This document shows positions 1 to 8,115 of a DNA stretch of 64,000 bases, one piece after another. Made by a program: the position numbers and the translations under genes. This stretch comes from an uncultured virus (IMG/VR IMGVR_UViG_3300010158_003181) (Duplodnaviria; Heunggongvirae; Uroviricota; Caudoviricetes), in IMG/VR virus record IMGVR_UViG_3300010158_003181. The stretch is one strand, 5' to 3'. Each line of letters starts with the position of its first letter. The stretch's first letter is position 1. The notes beneath the pieces were generated by a model. That model searched no databases. It was not told the origin of the DNA and saw only the letters and a program-made list of their open reading frames with translations.

Positions 1-101
1 CGATCATAACTTGACAGACTATTAATCGCTAACCAGCTGGCGGACATGCATCCAACCTGTTTGGCTATCGTATTAAAATGTTGTCTTTGTTGCGATTGCA
101 T
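1..101 (-). CDS. short ORF or leader peptide, truncated by the window edge (MQSQQRQHFNTIAKQVGCMSASWLAINSLSSYD...)
   Basis: ATG at 101 with purine-rich upstream sequence, downstream of two consensus sigma70 promoters; open to position 1. Confidence 0.4.
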   Translation of the reverse strand, partial: MQSQQRQHFNTIAKQVGCMSASWLAINSLSSYD

Positions 102-160
102 TTTGTTTTCTCTTTAAACCTTTTGTTTACATCAACAGCACCATTGCTGCCTATGTGTTA

Positions 161-189
161 ATTATACATTTATTTAGTCTCGTTGTCAA
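161..189 (-). promoter_or_regulatory. sigma70-type promoter TTGACA-17-TATAAT
   Basis: perfect consensus read on the minus strand; spacer contains TAAATA. Confidence 0.8.
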
Positions 190-264
190 CCACTATTTGT
201 AATTTTGACAAAATATTTTAATTTATTTTATCTAGTTGCCTACGGTACTTGCTAACTTAACTCT

Positions 265-293
265 ATTGTACATTTATTTGTCTATCTTGTCAA
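265..293 (-). promoter_or_regulatory. sigma70-type promoter TTGACA-17-TACAAT
   Basis: near-consensus; spacer shares AAATAAATG with the 161-189 promoter. Confidence 0.7.
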
Positions 294-376
294 ATACTTT
301 TGGTAATTTATTTTGTTGTATTTTTACAACATTTTGTTGCCTGTTGTTCTTACTAACAAATCTCCATTGTATATTG

Positions 377-1168
377 TCATAACCTCAATGCTTTACGAAT
401 CTTAGTAGCACTAATATCAGTTACTTTTTTATCAAATGTTTCCTCACCTACGGTGTAGCCAACTCCTCGACCCCAACCAATATGTACGATGTTAGGAACA
501 ACTTGTATTTCGTATTGTCCTTGATACAACGGATCTAGATCACGACGAATAAAACTTTTAACTTTTGCCACTTCAAATGGATTGTTTCCTTGCCATCCTT
601 GTACATCACGTACTTGAATAATAACTTGTCCAGTCTTGGCCAATAGCCTTTCAAACAATGCACGATGTCCTTCATGCCATGGTTGCCAACGCCCTAGCAT
701 TTGTACTGTGGGTTTTTTCCAATCAAATACAGGACGCAGTCTATTGTCCAATATGTGTGCTGCAACAAACTCTCCCCACTTAACAGCATTTTGTTCTGTT
801 ATTCTGAAGTCGTATACCTCAGGTTCTACAAACATGGCATTAGTATCAGCATAACGGCTTTCACGGATAGTGTCTACCCATACTGTCCAATCTGCTTTGA
901 AGTTGTTACGCATTTCGACTAATGGTGCAACAAAGTCGCAGATCACATAGTCCATATCAATCATGGCATCTGCTAGATCACGCATACGTTTACTTTGACG
1001 AATACGGCCAGTTTCACTAAAATCCCAATCGTCATATTTTTTACGGACATCATCGGCATTTAGCCAACCTACACGTTTCCTATCTGCTTGTAGATGATCC
1101 ACGATGTGTTGTGCTAGATAAGTCTTGCCTGCTCCAGGCAGGCCCATTATTAATATTTTTTTTGTCAT
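377..1168 (-). CDS. adenylylsulfate kinase-like P-loop domain fused to an HxGH nucleotidyltransferase domain
   Basis: GLPGAGKT Walker A, NADDVRK and DFSETGRIRQ (CysC-like); C-terminal GRWQPWHEGH...ISATKIR. Confidence 0.75.
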   Translation of the reverse strand: MTKKILIMGLPGAGKTYLAQHIVDHLQADRKRVGWLNADDVRKKYDDWDFSETGRIRQSKRMRDLADAMIDMDYVICDFVAPLVEMRNNFKADWTVWVDTIRESRYADTNAMFVEPEVYDFRITEQNAVKWGEFVAAHILDNRLRPVFDWKKPTVQMLGRWQPWHEGHRALFERLLAKTGQVIIQVRDVQGWQGNNPFEVAKVKSFIRRDLDPLYQGQYEIQVVPNIVHIGWGRGVGYTVGEETFDKKVTDISATKIRKALRL

Positions 1169-1788
1169 GGGTAGAAATGTTTAAGTAATTTGTAAGTGAG
1201 AGAATAGTTATCTGGGCATGGAGTTTTAATTGAATTAATTTTTTCACTAAACACTAAATCTTCATAATGTAAATCTAAATCAAATGTAGCAGGATACTCA
1301 TCTAATATTTTATTGAAATATTGTATTGTTCTGTTTATTTTATGAATTTGCATTATATTGATATTTGGAACATTTTTTTCATAGGGGGTATCTTGATTAT
1401 AACCATAGGTTTTTCTTTGATGTGCAATATACAGACTTGTGGCTTGTGCAATAACATCTCTTCTTCGAATTCTTATTAAACAACAATTATGTTCACTAAT
1501 AACATCTTTAACAATATCCGAGTATACCATACGTCTTTTTACAGTATTAGATTTTATCAGATCGCCTGCGTGAAGTTTTAATACATATGGATCTTTATTA
1601 TTAATAGAAGTAATTAATGATGCAAGACTATCTGGTTGACCCGGTTCTATAAAAAGTTTCAAGCTAGGATATGAGGTTAATAATTGCTGAAAAATATCAT
1701 ATGTAAGAGCAGTTGAACCTGTACGTAGACTAGATAAAATAATAACCGGTACTTTATTTATATTGTATAACAATTTATTTAACTCCAA
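1165..1788 (-). CDS. sulfotransferase-like protein (Stf0-like)
   Basis: SSLRTGSTAL PAPS-loop-like motif, RRRDVIAQATSLYIA, and YEDL. Confidence 0.55.
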   Translation of the reverse strand: MELNKLLYNINKVPVIILSSLRTGSTALTYDIFQQLLTSYPSLKLFIEPGQPDSLASLITSINNKDPYVLKLHAGDLIKSNTVKRRMVYSDIVKDVISEHNCCLIRIRRRDVIAQATSLYIAHQRKTYGYNQDTPYEKNVPNINIMQIHKINRTIQYFNKILDEYPATFDLDLHYEDLVFSEKINSIKTPCPDNYSLTYKLLKHFYP

Positions 1789-2317
1789 TGATCATGTATC
1801 TGGTAAATTCCCAAGTAGGATATTTAAATTCTTTAAATCCTTTAAAGTAATATGTAGTTAACGGATACTGATTTACAAAACTATCTAATGTTGTACTATG
1901 TATTATATGATCATCATGTGGCATATTATTGCCTTGTAATGCAACATGTGTACCATAGGGTATGTTATTCCACCAATCCATACTTTCAAAATGTTCTGTA
2001 CTTGTATTAATTATAACATCAACATCTATTGGAACAACAGTATTACAATCCATTGTAACTGCTTTGAATTTCCAATCTTGCCATTTCCAATTTTCATTGA
2101 TCATATCCGCCATAGCTTCACAGGTTGGATCAATATCTATGCTACGAATTTCTTTTATTTGAATATTATTACGACTATATAACAAAAATCCAGTTAGGCC
2201 ATACCAACCGCCATAGATCCATATTGTGTCTACTGAGTTAACTATTTTTTCTAACTCTTCACACAACCAAATTTTACTACCGATCTGTCCACTAGAGAAA
2301 GCATCTTTGTTTAACAT
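1775..2317 (-). CDS. SAM-dependent methyltransferase-like protein
   Basis: IYGGWYG motif I, SIDIDP, INTSTEH. Confidence 0.6.
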   Translation of the reverse strand: MLNKDAFSSGQIGSKIWLCEELEKIVNSVDTIWIYGGWYGLTGFLLYSRNNIQIKEIRSIDIDPTCEAMADMINENWKWQDWKFKAVTMDCNTVVPIDVDVIINTSTEHFESMDWWNNIPYGTHVALQGNNMPHDDHIIHSTTLDSFVNQYPLTTYYFKGFKEFKYPTWEFTRYMIIGVK

Positions 2318-2411
2318 TATCTCTCCATCGGTGTGTTAACAACATCTAATTGTAGTGTGGGGTAAAATGAACTCCATGTCAGTGTCCTTTCATTAAATAC
2401 CACTATTTAAT

Positions 2412-2433
2412 AAAAAAGAGCCTTTCGGCTCTT
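2412..2433 (-). terminator. intrinsic terminator
   Basis: AAGAGCC-GAAA-GGCTCTT hairpin followed by a T run on the minus strand. Confidence 0.8.
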
Positions 2434-2435
2434 AG

Positions 2436-2476
2436 TACTGGTTACGCGAATCCAGCGACACGCTATTTTGTGCCCG
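2436..2476 (-). ncRNA. candidate small structured RNA element (two hairpins, possible pseudoknot)
   Basis: GC-rich island; GGCAC/GUGUC and GCUGG/CCAGU stems directly before the terminator. Confidence 0.35.
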
Positions 2477-2515
2477 ATTTAATTATGTTTCCAAAAAAAT
2501 TTCAGAAGCTAGGAA

Positions 2516-3160
2516 TTACTTCCCTAACAGACTGTCGACCTTTGCTTCGGCAAGGGTTAGACGATATTCGATGCTATCTAGTGCTGGGTCAGATGGGGTA
2601 GCAACTGCTTCAGCAACTTGCTCATGTACTTCAGCGGCAACTTCTTCACCTGTTGCATTTGCAATAACTTCAGCAACTGCGGCTGCAACTTCAGCGTGAA
2701 CTTCTGGTGCTGGAGCCGGCATGTCAGCAACTGCGGCCAAAATAGCCTCTGTGATTGCAGCTGGGTCAACTACAACGTCTGGTCCAGCTGTAACAACTGC
2801 CAAGACAGCGGCTGCAATAATATCAGCAACTTCTTGTTGAGTAACTGGCGCTGCTTCAAGTTGTGCTGAAACAACGTCAGCAACAATGTCAGAGGCTTCT
2901 GCGTGGTCAGCACTTGGTGATAGTGCAACTACTTCTTCAACATCTACGGGTGCGTCACCAGCAGGTGCTGCAACAATAGCGTCAATGTGCTCTTGAGTTT
3001 GAACAGCAATCAACTGATCAACTTGAACTTCAACAAGTGTTAATCTTGCGTCTAGTTCTTCGATGCTTGTGGCAAAGTCTGTGTTAACTGTGGTTCCAGT
3101 TAGGTTGGCTAACTTAACTTCTACGGATACTAATCGTCCGGCTAGGTCGTCTAATCTCAT
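2516..3160 (-). CDS. acidic Ala/Val-rich protein with terminal coiled-coil repeats
   Basis: 214-aa ORF, AAGGAG RBS, three LD/E-xRLxxxExKV/L heptad segments. Confidence 0.75.
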   Translation of the reverse strand: MRLDDLAGRLVSVEVKLANLTGTTVNTDFATSIEELDARLTLVEVQVDQLIAVQTQEHIDAIVAAPAGDAPVDVEEVVALSPSADHAEASDIVADVVSAQLEAAPVTQQEVADIIAAAVLAVVTAGPDVVVDPAAITEAILAAVADMPAPAPEVHAEVAAAVAEVIANATGEEVAAEVHEQVAEAVATPSDPALDSIEYRLTLAEAKVDSLLGK

Positions 3161-3244
3161 GTGGTTCTCCTTAAGGTTTTATGAGTGTGTACCATTATAG
3201 TACACTATTATTTATCTATTAACTTATTACACAATTATTACAAT

Positions 3245-4255
3245 TTAATATTTTTCAACCAAATTATCACGGAATATTTCCCAAGCTCGTTGCCAACTCC
3301 AACGATAGCTTACTCTATGCACATCAGCTCTATTAATTTTCAAACACTTGTCAACAGCTACTCGTAGACCTTCTCTACCTTCAGCCATAAATCCAGTTAT
3401 ACCTTGATCAATTACATCTTTGGGGCCTTGACAGTTATAGGCAGCAACCGGAGTGCCACAGGCCATGGATTCAATCATCACAATGCCAAATGTTTCCCAC
3501 TTACTAGGAAACACAAAAACTTCAGCATTGGCATAATAACGTGCTAGATCTACGCCGGTCTTGAATCCAGTGAATGTAACATCTGGATATTGTTTCTTGT
3601 ATGTTTCCAGCATCGGTCCGTCACCCACCATGATCTTTTGGTAACCAGGATAATCTAATTCTAAGAAATCTTCTAGATTCTTTTCTTTACTAACACGGCT
3701 AACACATAACAAATATTTGCTAGGTAGCTGCTCTCTTAACTCTGGTTTAAAGATCGTTCTATCAACGCCGCGTGTCCAAGGAATAACTTCGCCCTTAAAT
3801 CCGTGTGCTTGTAATTCTGTTACCATGCTGTCCGTAGTGGTCAACACCTTGCCACTGTGTTTGTGGAACCAGCGAACAAAGTGCCAAGTTAAGAATTCTG
3901 GGATTCCAAATAGTTTTTTTAACCCTTCAGGAAATTTAGTATGATAAGCGGAATTATGCCTAATATTAGCCAATGACAAATACTTTCTAGCCCAACAACC
4001 AAGAGGACCTTCTGTCGCGATGTGTATATAATCCGGAGCAATCTCCTTGATCTTCTTGCCCATGTTACGGGGGTAGGCAAGTTTGACTTCGTTATATTTA
4101 GGGCAATCAATGTAGCTGAACCACCCGGGATGCAACACCACAAACTTATAACCATCCAAAATCGCACATGCCTCAATATTCGTATAGGTCGTGACCACGC
4201 CATTAATTTGCTCCGGTAAATTATCCGTTATGATTAGGATTGTTTTTTGTTTCAT
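3245..4255 (-). CDS. GT4 glycosyltransferase (Agt-like glycolipid synthase)
   Basis: TDNLPEQINGVV, HIATEGPLG, YHTKFPE, ETFGIVMIESMACGTPV. Confidence 0.85.
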   Translation of the reverse strand: MKQKTILIITDNLPEQINGVVTTYTNIEACAILDGYKFVVLHPGWFSYIDCPKYNEVKLAYPRNMGKKIKEIAPDYIHIATEGPLGCWARKYLSLANIRHNSAYHTKFPEGLKKLFGIPEFLTWHFVRWFHKHSGKVLTTTDSMVTELQAHGFKGEVIPWTRGVDRTIFKPELREQLPSKYLLCVSRVSKEKNLEDFLELDYPGYQKIMVGDGPMLETYKKQYPDVTFTGFKTGVDLARYYANAEVFVFPSKWETFGIVMIESMACGTPVAAYNCQGPKDVIDQGITGFMAEGREGLRVAVDKCLKINRADVHRVSYRWSWQRAWEIFRDNLVEKY

Positions 4256-4324
4256 ATTGTATTTACTAATAATAAATTAAGCCATTGTCTAATAGGTTTC
4301 TCCGTCATTTAGATAAATAAAAGT

Positions 4325-5290
4325 ATGAAACAACAAATATTAGAATACCTACAAGCATCTACTCTACAGAAGAAACTGATCTTTAGTCTGCGTAAGGCTT
4401 CTTGGTTTGGAGAGTTAGAAAAACAATTTGTTCAATTGAACTTGCCAGCAGAGTGGAATCTACAGAGAAAACTGTGGCATTATTGGAACGAAACTAATAT
4501 TGTTCCTTTATGCCCAATCTCGGGTAGGGAAAGAAAATGGAGAGACGGAGCGGCTGTTGAACGTATAGATATGCCCGGAATGAGCGAGGGATACAGTATG
4601 TTTGCTGATTACAAAGTAGCAGGCAAAGGTATTAAAAAATTAGCCAAACAAACTCTGCTAGAAAAATACGGAGTAGATAACCCTATGAATCTACCCGGGA
4701 TGTCAGAACAAAGAAAGAAACACTTTATTGAAAAATACGGTGTAGAAAATCCCAGTAGCAACGAACAAGTAAAACAAAAAAGAATCAATACTATGATGGA
4801 AAGACACGGGATTCCACATAATTTAGTAAATTGGCAGGAAAAGTTTTTTAATAAGTTTGGAGTCCGTAACCCTGCCCATGTTCCGGAAATTGCCGAAAAA
4901 TTATGCTACAACAGATTTAAGAAAAGAAAAGAATATACGCTATCAACAGGCGAAATCATACATCTACAAGGATACGAACCGTTTGGGTTTGACTACTTGA
5001 AGACAAAATACCAAGAAAATCAAATACAATATCGTAAAAAAGATATGCCAGAACTATGGTATAACTGGCAGGAAAAAACTCGTAGATATTATTGTGATTT
5101 CTTTGTAGCAGACGATAACCTGGTAGTAGAGATTAAAAGTCCATTTACTTTGAGTCGCGATCTTGATATCGTAAAACAGAAAATCCGTTCTGCTCAAACC
5201 AAGGGACACAAAGTTCTCCTGTTAGTATTTGATCGCTATGGACAGGTCGCACTGTTACCGGCTGAAATTGATTTCCTACTAACTGAATAA
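4325..5290 (+). mobile_element. free-standing putative homing endonuclease (KYGVxNP repeats plus PD-(D/E)XK domain)
   Basis: four KYGV(D/E)NP-like repeats; YYCDFF...VVEIKS motif; antisense to both neighbours. Confidence 0.7.
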
Positions 5291-6023
5291 TAATCCAATC
5301 ACCGTTGTGTGTTTCACACAAGGCAGTACAACTTTCTACCCAGTCCCCGGTATTACTGTACCAAACTCCATCTATTAGTTTTATTTCGGCCAAGTGTATA
5401 TGGCCACATATAATACCATCATATCCGCGTTTCTTACAATACGCTGCCAGATTCCGTTCAAAGTGGAATATAAAATCCACAGCTTTTTTTACTCGTCCTT
5501 TAAGATACTGGCTAAGACTAAAGTACCCAAAACCAAAGCGATGGCGTATCCAATTGAACCTACTATTAAGCGATAAAATGATATCATATGCTCGATCTCC
5601 TAAAAATGCTATCCAGGGTGCTAGTCTGGTGATGCCATCAAACAAGTCACCGTGAATGACTAGATAATGCTTACCATCGGCACCTATATGCTCTATTTGA
5701 TTGTGTATTTCTACTAGACCAAAACTGAAACCATACGGAATCATTGGTCTTAAAAATTCGTCGTGATTACCTGCAATGTATACTACTCTGGTGCCACGTT
5801 TGGCATGACCTAAGACCCTACGAACAACATTGGTGTGACTTTGTTTCCATCGCCATTTGTTCTGCTGTATGCGCCAGGCATCGATGATGTCGCCGACCAG
5901 GTACAAAGTCTCACAAGAGTTATGCTTCAAAAAATTATCAAGTTGCTCCGCCTTGCAATCTCTTGTTCCTAAATGTACATCACTCACACATATTGTTCTA
6001 TAAGTTTTGAGTTTATTTGACAT
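5145..6023 (-). CDS. plcP: LpxH/PlcP-family metallophosphoesterase (phospholipase C-like)
   Basis: SDVHLG, GDIID, GNHDE, HGD, GHIH and GDWVESCTAL motifs; adjacent to a GT4 gene. Confidence 0.75.
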   Translation of the reverse strand: MSNKLKTYRTICVSDVHLGTRDCKAEQLDNFLKHNSCETLYLVGDIIDAWRIQQNKWRWKQSHTNVVRRVLGHAKRGTRVVYIAGNHDEFLRPMIPYGFSFGLVEIHNQIEHIGADGKHYLVIHGDLFDGITRLAPWIAFLGDRAYDIILSLNSRFNWIRHRFGFGYFSLSQYLKGRVKKAVDFIFHFERNLAAYCKKRGYDGIICGHIHLAEIKLIDGVWYSNTGDWVESCTALCETHNGDWIIIQLVGNQFQPVTVRPVHSDQILTGELCVPWFEQNGFSVLRYQDRDSK

Positions 6024-6176
6024 ACAGATATTTATTGTAAAATGTTTACCAGAATATTACAACTGTGTTACAAATATAAATTGCAAATACAAAGATCATA
6101 AATATCTACACTTAACACTACTGCTGATAAATATCTTTGAGACTTGCAGGATTTCATTAATTCAAGGAAACTTAAC

Positions 6177-6812
6177 ATGAAAAAAATTGTATCGCTATTT
6201 TTATTGACAGCATTAACAGCCTGTGGCGGTGGAGGTACTTCAACAGACGTATCAACACCACAAGCAGTGAAATCATCAGTGGAAACAACCACTGATCTAC
6301 CAACATTTATTCAACTAACTCCCGGCATGGCCACTATTAGTGGATTTGTTGCTGGACCGGTCAGAGAACCAATCCCAGTGATAAAATTATCGGTGGAGAC
6401 ACTTGCTCAAATGCCTCCACCGTTTGTAACTGGTCCAAATCCTGATGGATCACCGTCTGGCCCGTTTGTTGCTGGGCCTGTACCGTTTGTTACAGGACCA
6501 CAACCGCAAACACCCTGTGCGCCTCAGTTTGTAGCTGGACCTGTTGTTGGGCCTACACCCTGTACTGTGCCAGTTCCCAGTGTGCCAGTAGTTGGACCGG
6601 GTCCTGTAGCCCAGTTGCCTTTTGTGATTGGTCCTATCGCAGGTCCTGTTGTTACATTAACTCCGCCCGTAGTAATTGGACCCAGCATTGTAACACAACC
6701 TGTGATCAATTACTGTACCAATGGATTTGTAGTTGGACCGTGTACACCACTGCCCACTACATGTAAACCGGATACCCCCGGTGGATTTGTAACAGGCCCT
6801 TGCTCGCCGTGA
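6177..6812 (+). CDS. Pro-rich lipoprotein with FVxGP repeats
   Basis: MKK...LTAC lipobox followed by GGGG; AAGGA RBS; upstream ATAAATA; downstream terminator. Confidence 0.75.
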   Translation: MKKIVSLFLLTALTACGGGGTSTDVSTPQAVKSSVETTTDLPTFIQLTPGMATISGFVAGPVREPIPVIKLSVETLAQMPPPFVTGPNPDGSPSGPFVAGPVPFVTGPQPQTPCAPQFVAGPVVGPTPCTVPVPSVPVVGPGPVAQLPFVIGPIAGPVVTLTPPVVIGPSIVTQPVINYCTNGFVVGPCTPLPTTCKPDTPGGFVTGPCSP

Positions 6813-6833
6813 AAAAGCCCCTTGCGGGGCTTT
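6812..6833. terminator. bidirectional intrinsic terminator
   Basis: AAAGCCCC-TTGC-GGGGCTTT between convergent genes. Confidence 0.75.
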
Positions 6834-6843
6834 CATCTCTGTG

Positions 6844-7002
6844 TTAAATCTGAACTATGGTCCACTTGTGTGTGAATGGTTTGCCTTCGGCCTTGTGTTT
6901 CAAGATTTTGGCGAATTCTTTCTTACGAAGTTCAAGCTGTTTCTCGGCATCGTGGTCGAAGCATGCCTTATACAACTCAGAAATTAATTTTCGTTGTTTC
7001 AT
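6844..7002 (-). CDS. small hypothetical protein (52 aa)
   Basis: AAGGAGG RBS and upstream ATAAATA; below the ORF-track length cutoff. Confidence 0.65.
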   Translation of the reverse strand: MKQRKLISELYKACFDHDAEKQLELRKKEFAKILKHKAEGKPFTHKWTIVQI

Positions 7003-7084
7003 AGGTTGCCCCTCCTTGAAAACTATTTATACCGTTTTGAGTTAAAACAAGATTTTCTAGCCAAATTATGTACGATTAACAATA

Positions 7085-7732
7085 TCAACGTGACATTAAA
7101 TTATTAACAAAGTCCAGCAGTAGGGTATGATGTTGGCCGTGATGCCAATGCCGCTTTAAGTACGGCGTTGCATACCAAGATTCTAAACTGTCGGGACATG
7201 CTCCCATAAGTCCAATTCTATTCTGTATTATGGCCATTGGGTCACCGTTTGCATATGAAGCAATGGTGGTGAATTTTTTAGCATCACCTACAAAAGCACA
7301 TCCATCGCGGAAGAACATTTTCTGAGGCGTATTATTCCATATGACCGATGCAACTGTATTATAACTACGTCTGATATCAGCAGTGGGGCGTTTAATGTAT
7401 TGCACAGCATCTACACCGTCTAATATGTCAAAGAAGTGTTTTCCGGCCCAGTATGCACCAATGCATATTCCCAGATAACGGCCGCCATTACTAACATAGT
7501 CTGCCATTGCGTTTGCGGATTTTCTTAGAAAATATCCATCATAGTCGTCGGCTTCTCCCACACCACCAGGCAATGCAACCATGTCTACATTCTTAAATGT
7601 ACTAGAATTGCATTGTGCGTGACTAAACATTTTAATATTGTAGTATGGTGAAAGCACTTTAACCACACCATCGCAGCATTCTTCTGCTTCTTTGGAAGAA
7701 TAATCTTTAAGCAGGGCAATAGTAGGCTTCAT
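7085..7732 (-). CDS. BPL_N-like / class I glutamine amidotransferase-fold protein
   Basis: LPGG, GGRYLGICIGAYWA nucleophile elbow. Confidence 0.75.
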   Translation of the reverse strand: MKPTIALLKDYSSKEAEECCDGVVKVLSPYYNIKMFSHAQCNSSTFKNVDMVALPGGVGEADDYDGYFLRKSANAMADYVSNGGRYLGICIGAYWAGKHFFDILDGVDAVQYIKRPTADIRRSYNTVASVIWNNTPQKMFFRDGCAFVGDAKKFTTIASYANGDPMAIIQNRIGLMGACPDSLESWYATPYLKRHWHHGQHHTLLLDFVNNLMSR

Positions 7733-7837
7733 TTGAATATTGTATGTTCTGAATTAATCCACATGATCAATATTATTAGCCATAATATTCTTAATATATG
7801 GTCGACGATTATTTCATACCAATCAAACCATGTTTTT

Positions 7838-7984
7838 TTATTTTGATCTTGTTGTGTCATGTTGTATTGCCGGTTGTTCTATATTAATTTCGGGTTCAAT
7901 ATATTTGTCCCAAACTTTTTGACCAGCATTCCAGCCAAATACTGTACAAAATCCTATAATAACATATGTAAGAATAAATTCCAT
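7838..7984 (-). CDS. small membrane protein (48 aa)
   Basis: GGAGA RBS, hydrophobic N-terminus, upstream ATAAATA. Confidence 0.6.
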   Translation of the reverse strand: MEFILTYVIIGFCTVFGWNAGQKVWDKYIEPEINIEQPAIQHDTTRSK

Positions 7985-8055
7985 TGTTGTTCTCCTAACT
8001 GTATTTATTGGGGAAGTTTCTAGGGATTAATTTTCTTTAATAGCAAGCGGGATAT

Positions 8056-8106
8056 CTGTATGCTACATATTGGTCAGTGCATGAACAAGGCAATAGTAGG
8101 TTTCAT
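8056..8106 (-). pseudogene. truncated 5' fragment of a second BPL_N-like gene
   Basis: reads MKPTIALFMH*PICSIQ; first seven residues identical to the 7732 gene (MKPTIAL). Confidence 0.55.
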
Positions 8107-8115
8107 AATGTTTTG

